From: Octopus vulgaris
Lineage: Eukaryota
Reading direction: 5' to 3'
Length of the DNA: 64,000 bases
NCBI GenBank assembly: GCA_951406725.2
Contig: OX597834.1
Coordinates: 20,770,001 to 20,834,000, forward strand
Of the stretch, positions 37,678 to 51,119 are shown piece by piece. How positions within the stretch are numbered: position 1 is the first letter of the stretch; each line of letters starts with the position of its first letter. A model generated the notes under the pieces. It saw only the letters and a list, made by a program, of their open reading frames with translations. It was not told where the DNA came from and did not search any database. The position numbers and the translations under genes are program-made.

Positions 37678-38191
37678 TCCATATATGTTTCTCTTTTTTT
37701 TTTAATTTTCTGATAATTCTATATAGGTAAGGTCATTGCTGTTTGTTCTATTTAGCTAATCATGTTTTTATGTTCTGAGTTCAAATTCCACCAAGGTCGA
37801 CTTTGCCTTTCATCCTTTCGGGGTCAATAAATTGACTGGCCTCCTCCCCCAAAATTTCGAGCCTTGTGCCTAGAGTAGAAATGAATAAATTGGTTGAGGG
37901 CTTTGCAACAATACTTTCTGAAAATAACCCTTTTGTTACTCAAAATACTTACAACCATAACCTGGTCCCTTTTCACTTGAAATCCTTCTTCAGTTTATGC
38001 TCTTCTGTTCATCCCACTCCTTGCTTACACCTTTTTCTCTTTACTACTCACTCTCTCCTTTTCTCTCTCTCTCTCTCTTTCCCTTCCTCTTCTTCTTTCT
38101 CTGTCTATGCGTCACCCTCTCTTTTCCACCTTCATTCATCCTGTTTCTGACCCAAGAAATTTTTCTTGCTTGTATTTCTGCCTTCTCCTCA

Positions 38192-38199
<8 letters not shown>

Positions 38200-38227
<28 letters not shown>

Positions 38228-38514
38228 TGCACGCATGCACACACACATACACATACACTCACACATACACACTCATGTGCACACAAACATCTACACATTC
38301 ACAGAGGCCTGTACATACACTCACACATGCACACACACACACGTGCATACAAGGGGTCACACACACTCGTAGAGGCCTATTGACACACGCACTCATACCT
38401 TACAATGGACTACAAACACACACTCACGTGCACACTCACGTGCACACAAGCATCCACACATTCACAGAGGCCTGTACATACATACATACACACATACACT
38501 CACACATACACACT

Positions 38515-38551
<37 letters not shown>

Positions 38552-38560
38552 ATGCACACT

Positions 38561-38594
<34 letters not shown>

Positions 38595-38668
38595 CACACA
38601 CACACACTCACACACACACACTCTCACACACATACACTCACACACACACACTCATACACACACACACT
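38200..38668. repeat. Degenerate (CA)n array
   Basis: Direct reading; cacattcacagaggcctgtacatac duplicated inside; similar array at 60680-61190. Confidence 0.85.
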
Positions 38669-39228
38669 GAGTCGTAATTACATCAGACCCCTTTCTGAAA
38701 TCTCACTTCTAATTGACAAGGGTCATCAGGACCACTCCTTGACTCTTCTTAGGAATCCTGCCACGATTGGCTAACGATATCACTGACCCTGACACCTTAC
38801 CCCCAACACCCAGATATCCGTTTGTCCAACCAGCCAGGCCAGGGTAGGCAGAGGTGCGTTGGGAACAAGCTGGGTGGTCAAAATCAGGTGCTAAATTCAA
38901 TGACCAACCCTGCATCCACCCATGCAATGCAGTCCATCTCCCGACATGCATGTGCACAGCACATGCATTGCACGCATGCACACAGTACTGCTATGACCAA
39001 CACCTACCACTTGTACCCTTTCTCCACCCTTATTTCACCCAGAAACACCTAGCCTATTCTCTCTCTCTTTCCTTTTTCTCTCTCTTTCTTTCTCCCTCTC
39101 TTCTCTCTTTCTCTCTCTCTCTCTTTCCTTTTTCTCTCGCTTTCTTTCTCCCTCTCTTCTCTCTTTCTCTCTCTCTCTCTCTCTTTCCTTTTTCTCTCTC
39201 TTTTTTCTCCCTCTCTTCTCTCTTTCTT

Positions 39229-39276
<48 letters not shown>

Positions 39277-40299
39277 CTTCAGGCATGGCAACTGATTAAC
39301 ATCTAAGCAATTACAGAGTTACAGTTACAACAGACCTGTCGCAGAGAGAGGGGGGTAAGATAGGAAGAGGGGGATGAGATGTCAAGAAAGAGACAAGGGA
39401 TAAGAGGAGGAAGGAAGAGAGGGGGGAATGGGTGAGGCGGTGGGAGGAAAAGAGAGGATGAAAGAGAAAAGAAAGAGAGAGCGCAAGGGAGAAAGAGGGG
39501 TGAGATGAGGAAGAAAGAAAGAGAAGTAGAGAGAGAAAAAGAGAGAGGAAGTGATAGAGAGACAGAGAGAGAGACAGGATATGAGAAAGAAAGTAAGAGA
39601 GAAAAAAGGGCAGAGAAAGAGAGAGAGAGAGAGAAAGAGAGCTAATAAGAATTATTAATTGATGTTTATCAAAGATCCTATAAACTTGACAGGTAAATTA
39701 ATCTCCCTTAGTTATCCCCCACCCATCCACACACATGCACATACCTTCATCCCTCTTAATCATGGTACGCAAACCAAACATGGAAGTCTTTATGTGATCA
39801 TTCACCTTGCTAGAAATAACAGCCAAATCTTTTTCAAATCATACCCTGTTGGTTAAAAAAAAACAAAAACACAAAAGACATACCACATAACATGCTTCTG
39901 AGTAGCCAGCGCTTGCAGGAAAAAAAACACAAACAAATGGAATGGCCACGGCTGGAATGTATTTCACCAAAGGTCTGTGACCTAGGGTTGAACAGCAATA
40001 GCATGTTGCACAACATAAAGCCAGCCATGTGGTTCACTCGTTCGTTAATCTAAGTTCGTTTCTTTAATTTGATGTCGCTCAGCGTCGAAATATGGTTGTA
40101 TGATGTATGCAAATGTCATGAGGTGGTGATTGTGACATCGTTATGATGTCTTATTCTTGGTTAATTAGCAAGTTGTAATTAAGGGCTTGGTCAAATAATT
40201 TTCTGCGTTTCTGGTTAATATTTAAGAATGTGAGGTGGAGGTGGGGATGGGGTCTTCTTCATTTCATCTTCCTTTTCTCTATCTCTCGTTGGTCATTGT

Positions 40300-40985
40300 T
40301 AGCATCATCATCCTCATTGTCATCATTTGATTGTCATTGTCATTCTAATCCTTAATGATAATCATCATTGTAATCCTTAGTCATCATCATCATCTTCATC
40401 ATCATCATCATCTTTATTCATCATCATCATCATCATTATTGCATGTCATCAGCAATGGTCAGCAAGTGTCATTCCTCTCATCATCAGTCGCCATTGTGTG
40501 TTCTCACTATCAATCATCATCATCATCACCATCACCACCATCATTATCATTACCATGACCATCATCATCTTCACCCTCAGCATCACTGTCACCGTCATTA
40601 TCGTGATCGCCATCATCATCACCATCACCATCATCATCACCATCATCACCATCACCATCATCATTTAAACCATCATCGTCATAACCATCATCATCATCAT
40701 CATTCCAATCATGATCACCATCATGGTTGTTATCATCACCACCACCATCATCATCATCGTTATCATCTTTATCACTTATTTTCATCATCACCACCAACCT
40801 CATCATCACCACCATCCTTATCACCATCATCCTCATCATCTTTATCAGTCATTTTCATGAACATTGTTATCCCCATCTGTTATTATCATCACCATGGGTC
40901 ACCACCACCACCACCACCACCACTACCACCACCACCGCTTATTATTTCATTACCGTCATAATAATCCACAGTGACCATCACCATG
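40300..40985. repeat. (CAT/CAC)n low-complexity array
   Basis: Direct reading. Confidence 0.85.
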
Positions 40986-41573
40986 AATGGCATGGAGACA
41001 TTCCAGTCTTAATGAGCACAGCAGCTCTTCACTGTCAGAAATGGTTTGATTCTAGACAGGAGACTCTGTCTTGGACGAAGGAATTACAACTTAATGTAAT
41101 TACATGTGTATTACGTGTACATATATCCATGTACATCTGTGCTTGTGTGCTTGTGGGAGGGGTGTAGAAGTCCATTGTTGCCAAGTCATTAACAGGAACC
41201 AAAGCCATGGCGCTTTCTATGTGGATAACAAGTTGTTGTTGCTATTGTTTAACCATTTAGCATTTAAGCTGGTCATACCTGGTTCGATTATTCTGTTTGT
41301 TTTATGTTAAAACAGAGCAGGTCCTGCTTCTCACACCTACCCAACAATATTATTGTAAAATATATATATATGAAGGACAATGATCCTGAAGCACGGTGTC
41401 CCTAGATGTGGTTCCGGCGGTTGGGGGTGTTTGTCTCCCCTTCATATATGTATATAAGGACACAGGGAAAAAAATGTGTCGAAGCTGTCAGGAGGCATTC
41501 GATGCCTCCTAGGGCTATACAACAGTGGGGTATCCCCTACAGTCACGTTCTTGTTAGATTGACAGTATACAAC

Positions 41574-41610
<37 letters not shown>

Positions 41611-41619
41611 CGACTTACC

Positions 41620-41921
41620 AGCACTTGTGCTGGTGGGATGCAAAATATTCAAGCAAGGTCGTCGCCAGTGCCGCTGGACTGGCTCCTGTGCAGGTGGCAC
41701 GTAAAAAGCACCATTTGGGCGTGGCCATTGCCAGTACCACCAAACTGGCCCTCGTGCCGGTGGCACGTAAAAGCACCTACTACACTCCCAGAGTGGTTGG
41801 CGTTAGGAAGGGCATCCAGCTGTAGAAACTCTGCCAGATCAGATTGGAGTCTGGTTCGCCAGACCTCAGTCAAATCGTCCAACCCATGCTAGCATGGAAA
41901 GCAGACGTTAAATGATGATGA

Positions 41922-41925
<4 letters not shown>
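41620..41925 (+). mobile_element. Retroposon family E
   Basis: Two gtggcacgtaaaa subrepeats, ggttggcgttaggaagggcatcc, gacgttaaatgatgat tail. Confidence 0.8.
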
Positions 41926-41958
<33 letters not shown>

Positions 41959-42344
41959 CTCATCATTGGAATCTCAAAGTTACAAGATAATTCATGATTA
42001 GAATTCAAAACGATGTAAATAAATAAGGATTTGACAGAGTAATCTGAATGCTGAAGAGTGAACCCGCATGTCAGCTGAATTGAGCAGATCTGTGATCAAA
42101 GACAGTCCATTCATGACCACCTCACCTTCTTATTTAGATATCCATAGGACCTTCTCTCTTCATTTGCAATATATACAGGCATCATTCATGGTGAATTTCC
42201 CTGCCAAAATCTGAAGATTTGGGGAATTTTCTTGAAAATGACTCTGCTGTAACTTTCATGATTCTTTCTGCTGGTTTATTTATAATAGACTCTGCTAGTC
42301 TCATGCTGACTTGAGCTTGCCCATGGGACATAGGAGCTTATTTT

Positions 42345-42625
42345 GTAAGAGTAAAGACCCCCCTTTGGTCATGAATGACCTTGGGATTGAACCTAGATAG
42401 TTGCCCTCTGAGGCACAAGTCCAGGCAATGTTGTTTAGACCAGTAGTCACCCATGTATACCAGCCTTCCTTCTCCATACCACTGATATTATCCAGGGAAA
42501 AGGAAAAGGCTGATACAGCTTGGCACCAATGACATCACAATTCATTTCTACAGATGAGTGATCTGGAGCAATGTGAAATAAAGTGTCTTGCTCAAGAACA
42601 CAACACACAGCCTGGTCTAGAAATT
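42345..42625 (-). mobile_element. SINE family D
   Basis: Reverse complement of the 6021-6358 body. Confidence 0.75.
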
Positions 42626-43749
42626 GAATTTGGTTGGATGGTCTCACAGGTACTGGCAAGTCAGAAGGCTGTGTCAATCCCTGCTGTCTACTTTGCTATG
42701 GTTTCTACAGCTTGCTGTCCTCCCTAATGCCAACCACTATACAGAGTGCACTGGGTGCTTTTAATATAGCATCAGTCACAGAAAGGTTACCAAATAATTT
42801 ACAAGATAGGGCCTCCAGTGCATTGTTTTATTCGGGGGCGTTTATAATACTGTTAAGGTGACCCTCTCTTCTTGATTGCAATTTCTAGACAAGGAAGTCA
42901 TAAGGTCTTTTAATTCTCACATGATATTTTCTTACTGGGTCATCTAGCAAGGTTGATGCCATCATGGGTCAGAGTTTGATGTCGCATGAAAAATAAAAAA
43001 TTGAATAAGGAAATATAAATAAATAAATTTAGAAAAAAAAAATGTTGTTGCCAACATGTCGACCAGCATGTCTGCTGTCTTGACCCAACAACATAGGAAT
43101 TGTTTTATTTCAAATTCAAATTTTAAAATTCCAGAAATAAAAGAAGGAAAAAAACATTAACAAATAACAATTTCCAATATGGAGAAAAGAGTAGCAAAGG
43201 AAATATATAGCTTTTGATTAGTCTCTTGATTTCAACATTAATTTTAGAATATTCTTTAAAATTATTCTTTCTCAAATTTTTTTCCTCCAACCATAATTTG
43301 TTCATTTTTGTTTTTTTATTTCATAATATTTAGTCTGAACTTAATGATTTTTGTTTTTTTTATATATCTTTAATTGGTTTTGTTGTACTTTTTAATTTTT
43401 TATTTATTATTATTATTTTTTTTTTTTGGTTCTTTCTTCGCAACAACATGTCTCACATTGTCTTGTGATTCGTACATTTGGTATCTTCCCCCACCACACG
43501 GAATTCTATAGAAATTTGATTTTTTTTTTTTTTTTTTTTTTGGGTTTTTGCAGTTTTCATTACAACATTACCAACAGAACATTTATCTGACAAAAAAATC
43601 TTTATGCTTCTGTTGAATCTCATGCATGCTAAATAACGTTACAGACCCTGCATGTGTGTTTGTTTTGATTTGATGGCTGGGTCAGTGTAGAATAGATACA
43701 GAAGTACCGAAGTCGGTAGGTCGGTGGATAGGTAAGTAGGTTGACAGAG

Positions 43750-44068
43750 ATCAATAGATTGATTAGTAGATAGAGAAGCAGAGAGTAGAAGACAGATAGA
43801 CAGATGGATGGACTGACAGACAGACAGACGGATAGATAGATAGATAGATAGATAGACATAGATAGATACATAGATACATAGATAGACAGATAGATAGAAT
43901 AGATACATACATACATACATACATACATACATACATACATACATACAGGTAGATAGATTGAGCAATAGATAGATAGATATATACATACATGTATACATAC
44001 ATACATACATACATGCAAGCATACATGCATGCATGCATACATACATACATACATACATACATACACAC

Positions 44069-44100
<32 letters not shown>

Positions 44101-44350
44101 GCATGCATGCATACATACATACATACATGCATACATACATGCATACATACATACATTCATACATACATACATACATACATACAGGTAGATAGATGGATCA
44201 ATAGATAGATAGAGAGATAGATAGTTAGATAGATACACACATACATACAGGTAGATAGATAGATTGACAGACATAGAGAGAGAGAGAGACAGAGTCATAT
44301 TAGTAAATAGATAGTACGGTGTATAGATAGACAGATGCATAGATAGAAGG
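43750..44350. repeat. (GATA)n/(CATA)n tetranucleotide compound repeat
   Basis: Direct reading. Confidence 0.9.
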
Positions 44351-45015
44351 TAGTAGGGTGGGTAGGTAAGTAGAGAAAGTAGTCTAGTTTTTACAATATG
44401 CTTAATTCTGTCTGTGTTTGCATTTCACGTGTGTACTGAAAATCTATATAATCAATAGGGTACAGTACGTATTCTTGCTGATAAAACTAATAGATTGATA
44501 GAACTAAATGAATGTTATTAGCATCTTAAGACATGAAGGATTTAGTTTAGCTGGAGGAAATAACTGTCTACTTATATATATATGTATGTATGAATATATA
44601 TATATATATATATATTTGTTATAATAGAATTTGCTTCACCACACACCAAACTTTAGAGATAGCAGCCAAAATATAAAAAACTAGCTATTTCTTCTACTGT
44701 AAGAGACAACTCCCAGACAATATATGCTCAAACAAATATTGTTTAAATTTACCGATAATGGTCTTTTACATAACGAATCACTACTTGGTGGAATTATTAA
44801 ATAATTAATTAATTTTACCCTTATTATTATATATATATATACACTCTTTTACTCTGGAGCACCGCCTTTAATCGAGAAAATCGACTCCAGGACTTATTCT
44901 TTATTACCCTGGTACTTATTTTATCGGTCTCTTTTGCCGAACTGCTAAGTTACAGCGACGTAAACACACCAGCATCAGTTGTCAAGCGATGTTGGGGGTG
45001 GGGGGACACAAACAT

Positions 45016-45053
<38 letters not shown>

Positions 45054-45833
45054 GACAGTCTTCTTTCAATTTCCGTCTACCAGATCCACTCACAAGGCTT
45101 TGGTCGGCCCTATCAATCTATCTATTTTTTTTTCCTCTCCCCCTTTTTTCCTCAATATATTACAAGAAACTGTTTCCCTCTTTTTACCACACATCAGTAG
45201 CATAGTATAGACATACACATATATACATACATGAGTTTAAATGAATATACACTTACACACAGATGTGTTTGTGTGCATCAACATCATCATCATCATCATC
45301 ATCATCAACATCATCATCATAAATTTATGATCATTTTTTTTTTCCATGCTTGTATATCTCAAACCAAATTCGTCCAGGCAGATTTTTCTCTGCCTGGATG
45401 CTCTTCCTGCCACCAACCTTCACCTACTTCCAAGCAAAGTAATATTTCACTGCTAGTCTTGTTTTCCACTTGTCACAATTTGAAATTCACTTGCAAGATT
45501 TTGGTCAGCATAGAACTGTGCAGCAAAAGACACGCGCCCAAGGTGATCCAGAGGGGAATTGAACTGAAATCTAGGTTGCAATGTGCACTTCTTTACCACA
45601 CAAGTTCTGACAGCAATACTCACAATGAAACTGGTGCCAAGCTGTTTAGCCCAATTTTGGCAGCCTACCCTTTGGCAAAACACCTTTGGAATGGAGAGAG
45701 AAGTTTACACACTTCAGCAGTTGTCAGACTTCCTCAAAAATTTTTTTCCATGCATCTACATACATGTGTAGATAAATGACTGGCCCACCTTCATCAACAT
45801 AGACCCTATATATAGCAAGATAAACAACTTGAT

Positions 45834-45878
<45 letters not shown>

Positions 45879-46434
45879 TATATATATATATATATATGCA
45901 TATATACATGCATATATGTACATACCTACATAAATATGTATATATACATGCATATATGTGTACAGGACATAAAAAACATGAACAAAAGGAAAAACAAGAA
46001 GATAAAAAAGCAAAAACATGGAAAACAAACTTTTTTTGAACAACAAAAGAAACAAATAGAGAAACAATATAGGCAACATAAAGAACAATCCCTTCATCAG
46101 TTGTCCCCTGTTTTATCTACTCCATGTTTTGAATGTTTGGACAAGATGTGACTTCATTAAAACAGTCGTTCCCCGCAATGCAAATTAAATATATATATAT
46201 CATGTATTATTTAATAAACACAATATATGCTTTTATGTGCCCACATGGGCAATGTCAGATGATTGTGCTGGGACAGCAGACATGTTATTAAATACTGTTT
46301 GGCTTGTTCTCAGCACATGAAACTAATAGTAGCACATCAAAACATATACTGTGTTTACTAAATAACATTTATCTCTCACCAGATGGAATACTTTTGCTGT
46401 TGGTCTTACCATTACAAATCAGTAAACTATATAT

Positions 46435-46466
<32 letters not shown>

Positions 46467-46834
46467 GTAATAACATGCATTTCAAAGCTTCTATAAGGTT
46501 ATCAACTATCATATGCCATCTTGCATGCAGCAGGATTACTTCTTTTACTGGATAAACATGTGGAAATCCATAAGTGTATGCAAAATTCATGCTAAAAGAA
46601 TTTGTAATACAATAAGGTGGAATGAAGAAGCTTTAATCACAAATCACAACTATTGTTTCTGTGCATTAATAACAGCTGTTGGTGAGTTTTTACATATTAT
46701 TATATAAGTATCATATCATATCCAACATCACTTTGGAATTGATACACGCACACACACACACACACATTTAAGATTTTATTTCATTTTTATATTTTAAGAA
46801 TGCTCAAACTCTGATGGCATATGTAAATAGCTTC

Positions 46835-47251
46835 CTCTTTACTCTTTTACTTGTTTCAGTCATTTGACTGCGACCATGCTGGAGCACCACCTTTAATTGA
46901 GTAACCCGACCCTGGGACTTATTCTTTTTGTAAGCCCAGTACTTATTCTACCGGTCTCTTTTTGCCGAACTGCTAAGTAACAGGGACATAAACACACCGG
47001 CATCGGTTGTCAAGCAATGCTAGGGGGACAAACACAGACACACAAATACACACACGCATATATACACATATATATATATACATATATACAATGGGCTTCT
47101 TTCAGTTTCCGTCTACCAAATCCACTCACAAGGCTTTGGTCGGCCCGAGGCTATAGTAGAAGACACTTGCCCAAGGTGCCACACAACGGGACTGAACCCA
47201 GAACCATGTGGTTGGTAAACAAGCTACTTACCACACAGCCACTCCTGCTCC
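46835..47251 (-). mobile_element. SINE family A, full length
   Basis: Complete reverse complement from tail to head. Confidence 0.9.
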
Positions 47252-47730
47252 TAATTCCATTTATTTTTGTATAGAAAACCATGCACCAACCTCAGATTTG
47301 CTTTGGATATTGGCTTAAAAGCACTGTTTACTAAATATAATAGAAATACACACACACAGTCTATAATTCTTAGTGAAAATATATTTGATAGGTTTATCTC
47401 CATAATCTCTTTTATTTTCTAGTATTACATGTAGTCTGTATTATCACTCGTTTTATGTCTACTATTTATTTATCTTTACAGTTATGTCTGTTAAACAGTA
47501 TTTCTAGCATCATTTCCATACATATTTTCCCCATTAATCTCTAGTATTAATTGCACAAACTTCCCGTACATTTTTAGAAAGAAACCTTGTGGTTTTATTG
47601 AACATAAGTAAACACACGTACATACATGTACATCTCATGATGCACACATACAGACACACACACACATGTATCAATGTTTGTTTATATGTCAAGTTATTTA
47701 TAAAAATAATTTAATATTATATTGAAGGAA

Positions 47731-48330
47731 GACAGTGAGCTGGCAGAAACGTTAGCACGCCAGGCGAAATGCATAGCCGTATTTCGTCTGCCGTTACGAT
47801 GTGAGTTCAAATTCCGCCGAGGTCAACTTTGCCTTTCATCCTTTCAAGTACCATTTACGCACTGGGGTCAATGTAATCGACTTAATCTGTTTGTCTGTCC
47901 TTGTTTGTCCCCTCTCTGTTTAGCCCCTTGTGGTAATAAAGAAATAGGTATTTCGTCTGTCTTTACGTTCTGAGTTCAAATTACACCAAGGCCAACTTTA
48001 CCTTTCATTCTTTCGGGGTGGATAAATTAAGTACCAGTTGCATACTAGGGTTGATCTAATTGACTGGCCCCCACTCCCCCAAAATTTCGGGCCTTGTGCC
48101 TAGAGTAGAAAAGAATATTATACTGAAGGGTTAGACAACAAGCTGGCAGAATTGTTAGCACACCAGGTTTCATCCACCTTTATGCCCTGAGTTCAAATTC
48201 CATTGAGGTTGACTTTGCCTTTCCTCCCTTTCATGGTCAATGAAATAAGTACCAGTTGTGTACTGAGGTCAATGTAATTGACTATCCTGCCCCACCACCT
48301 TCAAATTTCAGGCCTTGCACCTATAGTAGG
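47731..48330 (+). mobile_element. Three tandem SINE family B copies with both tail subtypes
   Basis: gagttcaaatt at about 47803, 47972 and 48189. Confidence 0.8.
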
Positions 48331-49181
48331 AAAAAAAATGGAATATTATACTAAAGAGTTACTCAATAATTTTAGTACAGTACATGTTGGTTAAAGTTAA
48401 AAACAGTGGGATGAAAGTGACTTCGAAGTGTGTGCATTGTTGTCATCATTGTTTAACGTCTATTTTCCATGCTGGCATAGGTTAGATAGTTTCCTAGGAG
48501 TTGACAAGGCCAAGAGCTATACAAGGGTCCATAATCTGTTTTGGCTTCTATAGCAGTAAACCCTTCTTAATGCAAAGTACTTTACAGATTCCTTTGGATG
48601 TTTTTAATATGGTGCCATATATATATGTATTTATGTATCTATGTATATAAATACACCAGTTTTTTTAATTCTCTCTGTTTATTTCTTCGTGTTCCTTTCT
48701 GTTGAAGAGCACAGGCTCGAAATATAAAAGACTTGTTCACCTTTCCGAGCTTCAAACTAATACACCTGCTTGTTGTTTTATATACCTGTCTTCATCTTTT
48801 GTTTTTCAGTAAATTTCAACTATATACATGTCTGTATATGAATATGTATGTCTATATACATACACACATGTATATGTACATATACACATATACATACATG
48901 CATACATACATATATATATATATATATATTTATGCTCATTCCCATCTGGGCTATGAAAGGTCTTTGTATATTTTTGTTGGTCGTAATTATTCATACCCAT
49001 AATTCCTGACAAAGAGTCTAACTTTTATTTCAAGAAGAGTTTCTCATTTTTGTCTTTGGAGTTAATTAAACTCCAAAAAAAATTTGTAGATTGTATATTA
49101 GTTCTTTACCATCTTGGATTATGAATTAAAGATCGTCCACACCTCCAATTTTTCCTTTCCTTATACTTCATTTATATATAT

Positions 49182-50030
49182 CATCATCATCGTTTAACGT
49201 CCGTTTTCTGTGCTAGCACGGTTTGGACAGTTTGACCGGGGTCTGGGGAGCCAGGGGCTGCTCCAGGCTCCAGTCTGATCTGGCAGAGTTTCTACGGCTG
49301 GATGCCCTTCCTAACGCCAACCACTCCGCGAGTGTAGTGGGTGCTTTTTACGTGCCACCTATACAGGTGCCAGGGTGGGTCTGGCATCGGTCACGATAGG
49401 TTCGAGCTTTTAACATGCCAGCGGCACAGAAGCCAGCCAAGGCGGCTCTGGCATCGGCCACGTTCAGATGGTGCTTTTTGGGGGTGCAGGTAATATAGGG
49501 AAGCACCAGTGGGGAGGGTTGGGGTAAGGAGGAACGATGACAGCTAGGGTTGATGCAGGTTCGTAGGAAATAAAACGTAGGACATCACGAGTGGGGGAGG
49601 GGACTGGAAGGAGATAGCCGGTTGAGGCAGTGACAGATTCAAAAAGAGGAGGAAACGTAGGATAGGTGGGGTGGTTGATGAGCTGCGGCGCTAGCTGCTT
49701 GTCTTGGTGGTGGTGGTGGGGGGTAATACACAGTGAAAGCATGTGAGGAGGAGGGGTAGGAGGGAGAGACACATAATGGTGGTGGGGGAGGGCATATCCG
49801 GTGTAGATGGTGTGAACAGTGAGAACAGTGTTCACCGGTACTGGTGGTGGGGGTGAGAAAGGGCGGGCGCACCGCGAATGGTGAAGATCGAATTAAAGGA
49901 TTGAAGGTACTTTAGAGAAACGGACGAACGAATGGCGGAAATGGCGATGTTTTTAGGGTAGCATAGAGAAAGAAAAAGGAAAGCAAAGCACGTTGGTGGT
50001 ATAAGTTCAAAACATTTAAACGGTAGGCAA
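49182..50030 (-). mobile_element. Family E copy with a long GC-rich extension at its 5' end
   Basis: 49182-49478 matches family E; contiguous GC/CpG-rich 49480-50030 is unique in this window. Confidence 0.55.
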
Positions 50031-50281
50031 ATGTATGTATGTATGAAAAAGAAGGGAGAAATCTTAGCTTGCTATATATATATATATATATATCAGTCGC
50101 TATGAAAGATCGTTAGCCACTACACACATTTTTTTCTCTCCTTGTTTTTTCTGTGTCCCTTTCTGTAGAAGAGCGTAGGCTCAAAATGTAAAAGACTTCT
50201 TCTATTCCTGAGCGTTATACTAATACATCTGTTTGTTTTGTACACCACCTGTCTTTATGTTTTGTTTTTTTCGTAAACTCT

Positions 50282-50347
<66 letters not shown>

Positions 50348-51119
50348 ATATATATTTATAGTTATCAATTTGTGTTCCTATTTTATATAAACATTTTTTC
50401 CTTCAAATATTCACTGCCTTATATTGTTCTACTGTAAAGACAAGGACAAGAGAAAAGAAAGCCATTTCATCTGTTTTGATATTATTTTTTTAATTACAAA
50501 ACTCAAGCAGAAGACAACAGGGAAGGAAAAAAACAGTTACACGTTTAATCTTTTTTCTCTTTCATTTATTTACATATATCCTTTTATTTTTTTTTTCTAC
50601 ATTTCATATCACATTACATACAACCAGAGAAATAATTATTTTACCTAAATACGAAAACATAATTCTAATTAATATTAAAATTTAATATTCAATTATCCAA
50701 CAGAGGAATCCACCTCATGTAGAATTAACAAACAAGCCGTAACGATAATGGGTTTTCCAACAGGAGTTCATGCATGTATAATAACCTTGATTTTCACCAG
50801 CTTAGCTACCGGCATTTTCAGAGGGTTTTATACTCTTTTTTTCCCCCATCTGCCATCAAACTAAAAGACTTGCTTGTAGATTTAACAAGATTCCTTCTAT
50901 TCAGTTGGTAATCAATAAATAGCCAAGCTATAGACAATAGAAACAAGGTTTGCGGTGGTGGTGGTTGTGGTGGTGGTTGTGGAGGTGGTTGTGGTGGTGG
51001 TGGGTTTACTTTTAGTCTTAACAATCAATATTTTTCCATTGTAGTAATAAATATTTGAAGACGGAACCTGTTGTTCCTTGTGAAGCAATATCTTGTTTGT
51101 TATTGTTGTCGCTGTTGTC

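Noticed and set aside
46085-46140. CTGATGA on the minus strand as another hammerhead (also degenerate motif at 26885-26968)
   Set aside because: I could not close stems I-III convincingly by eye; needs a family consensus
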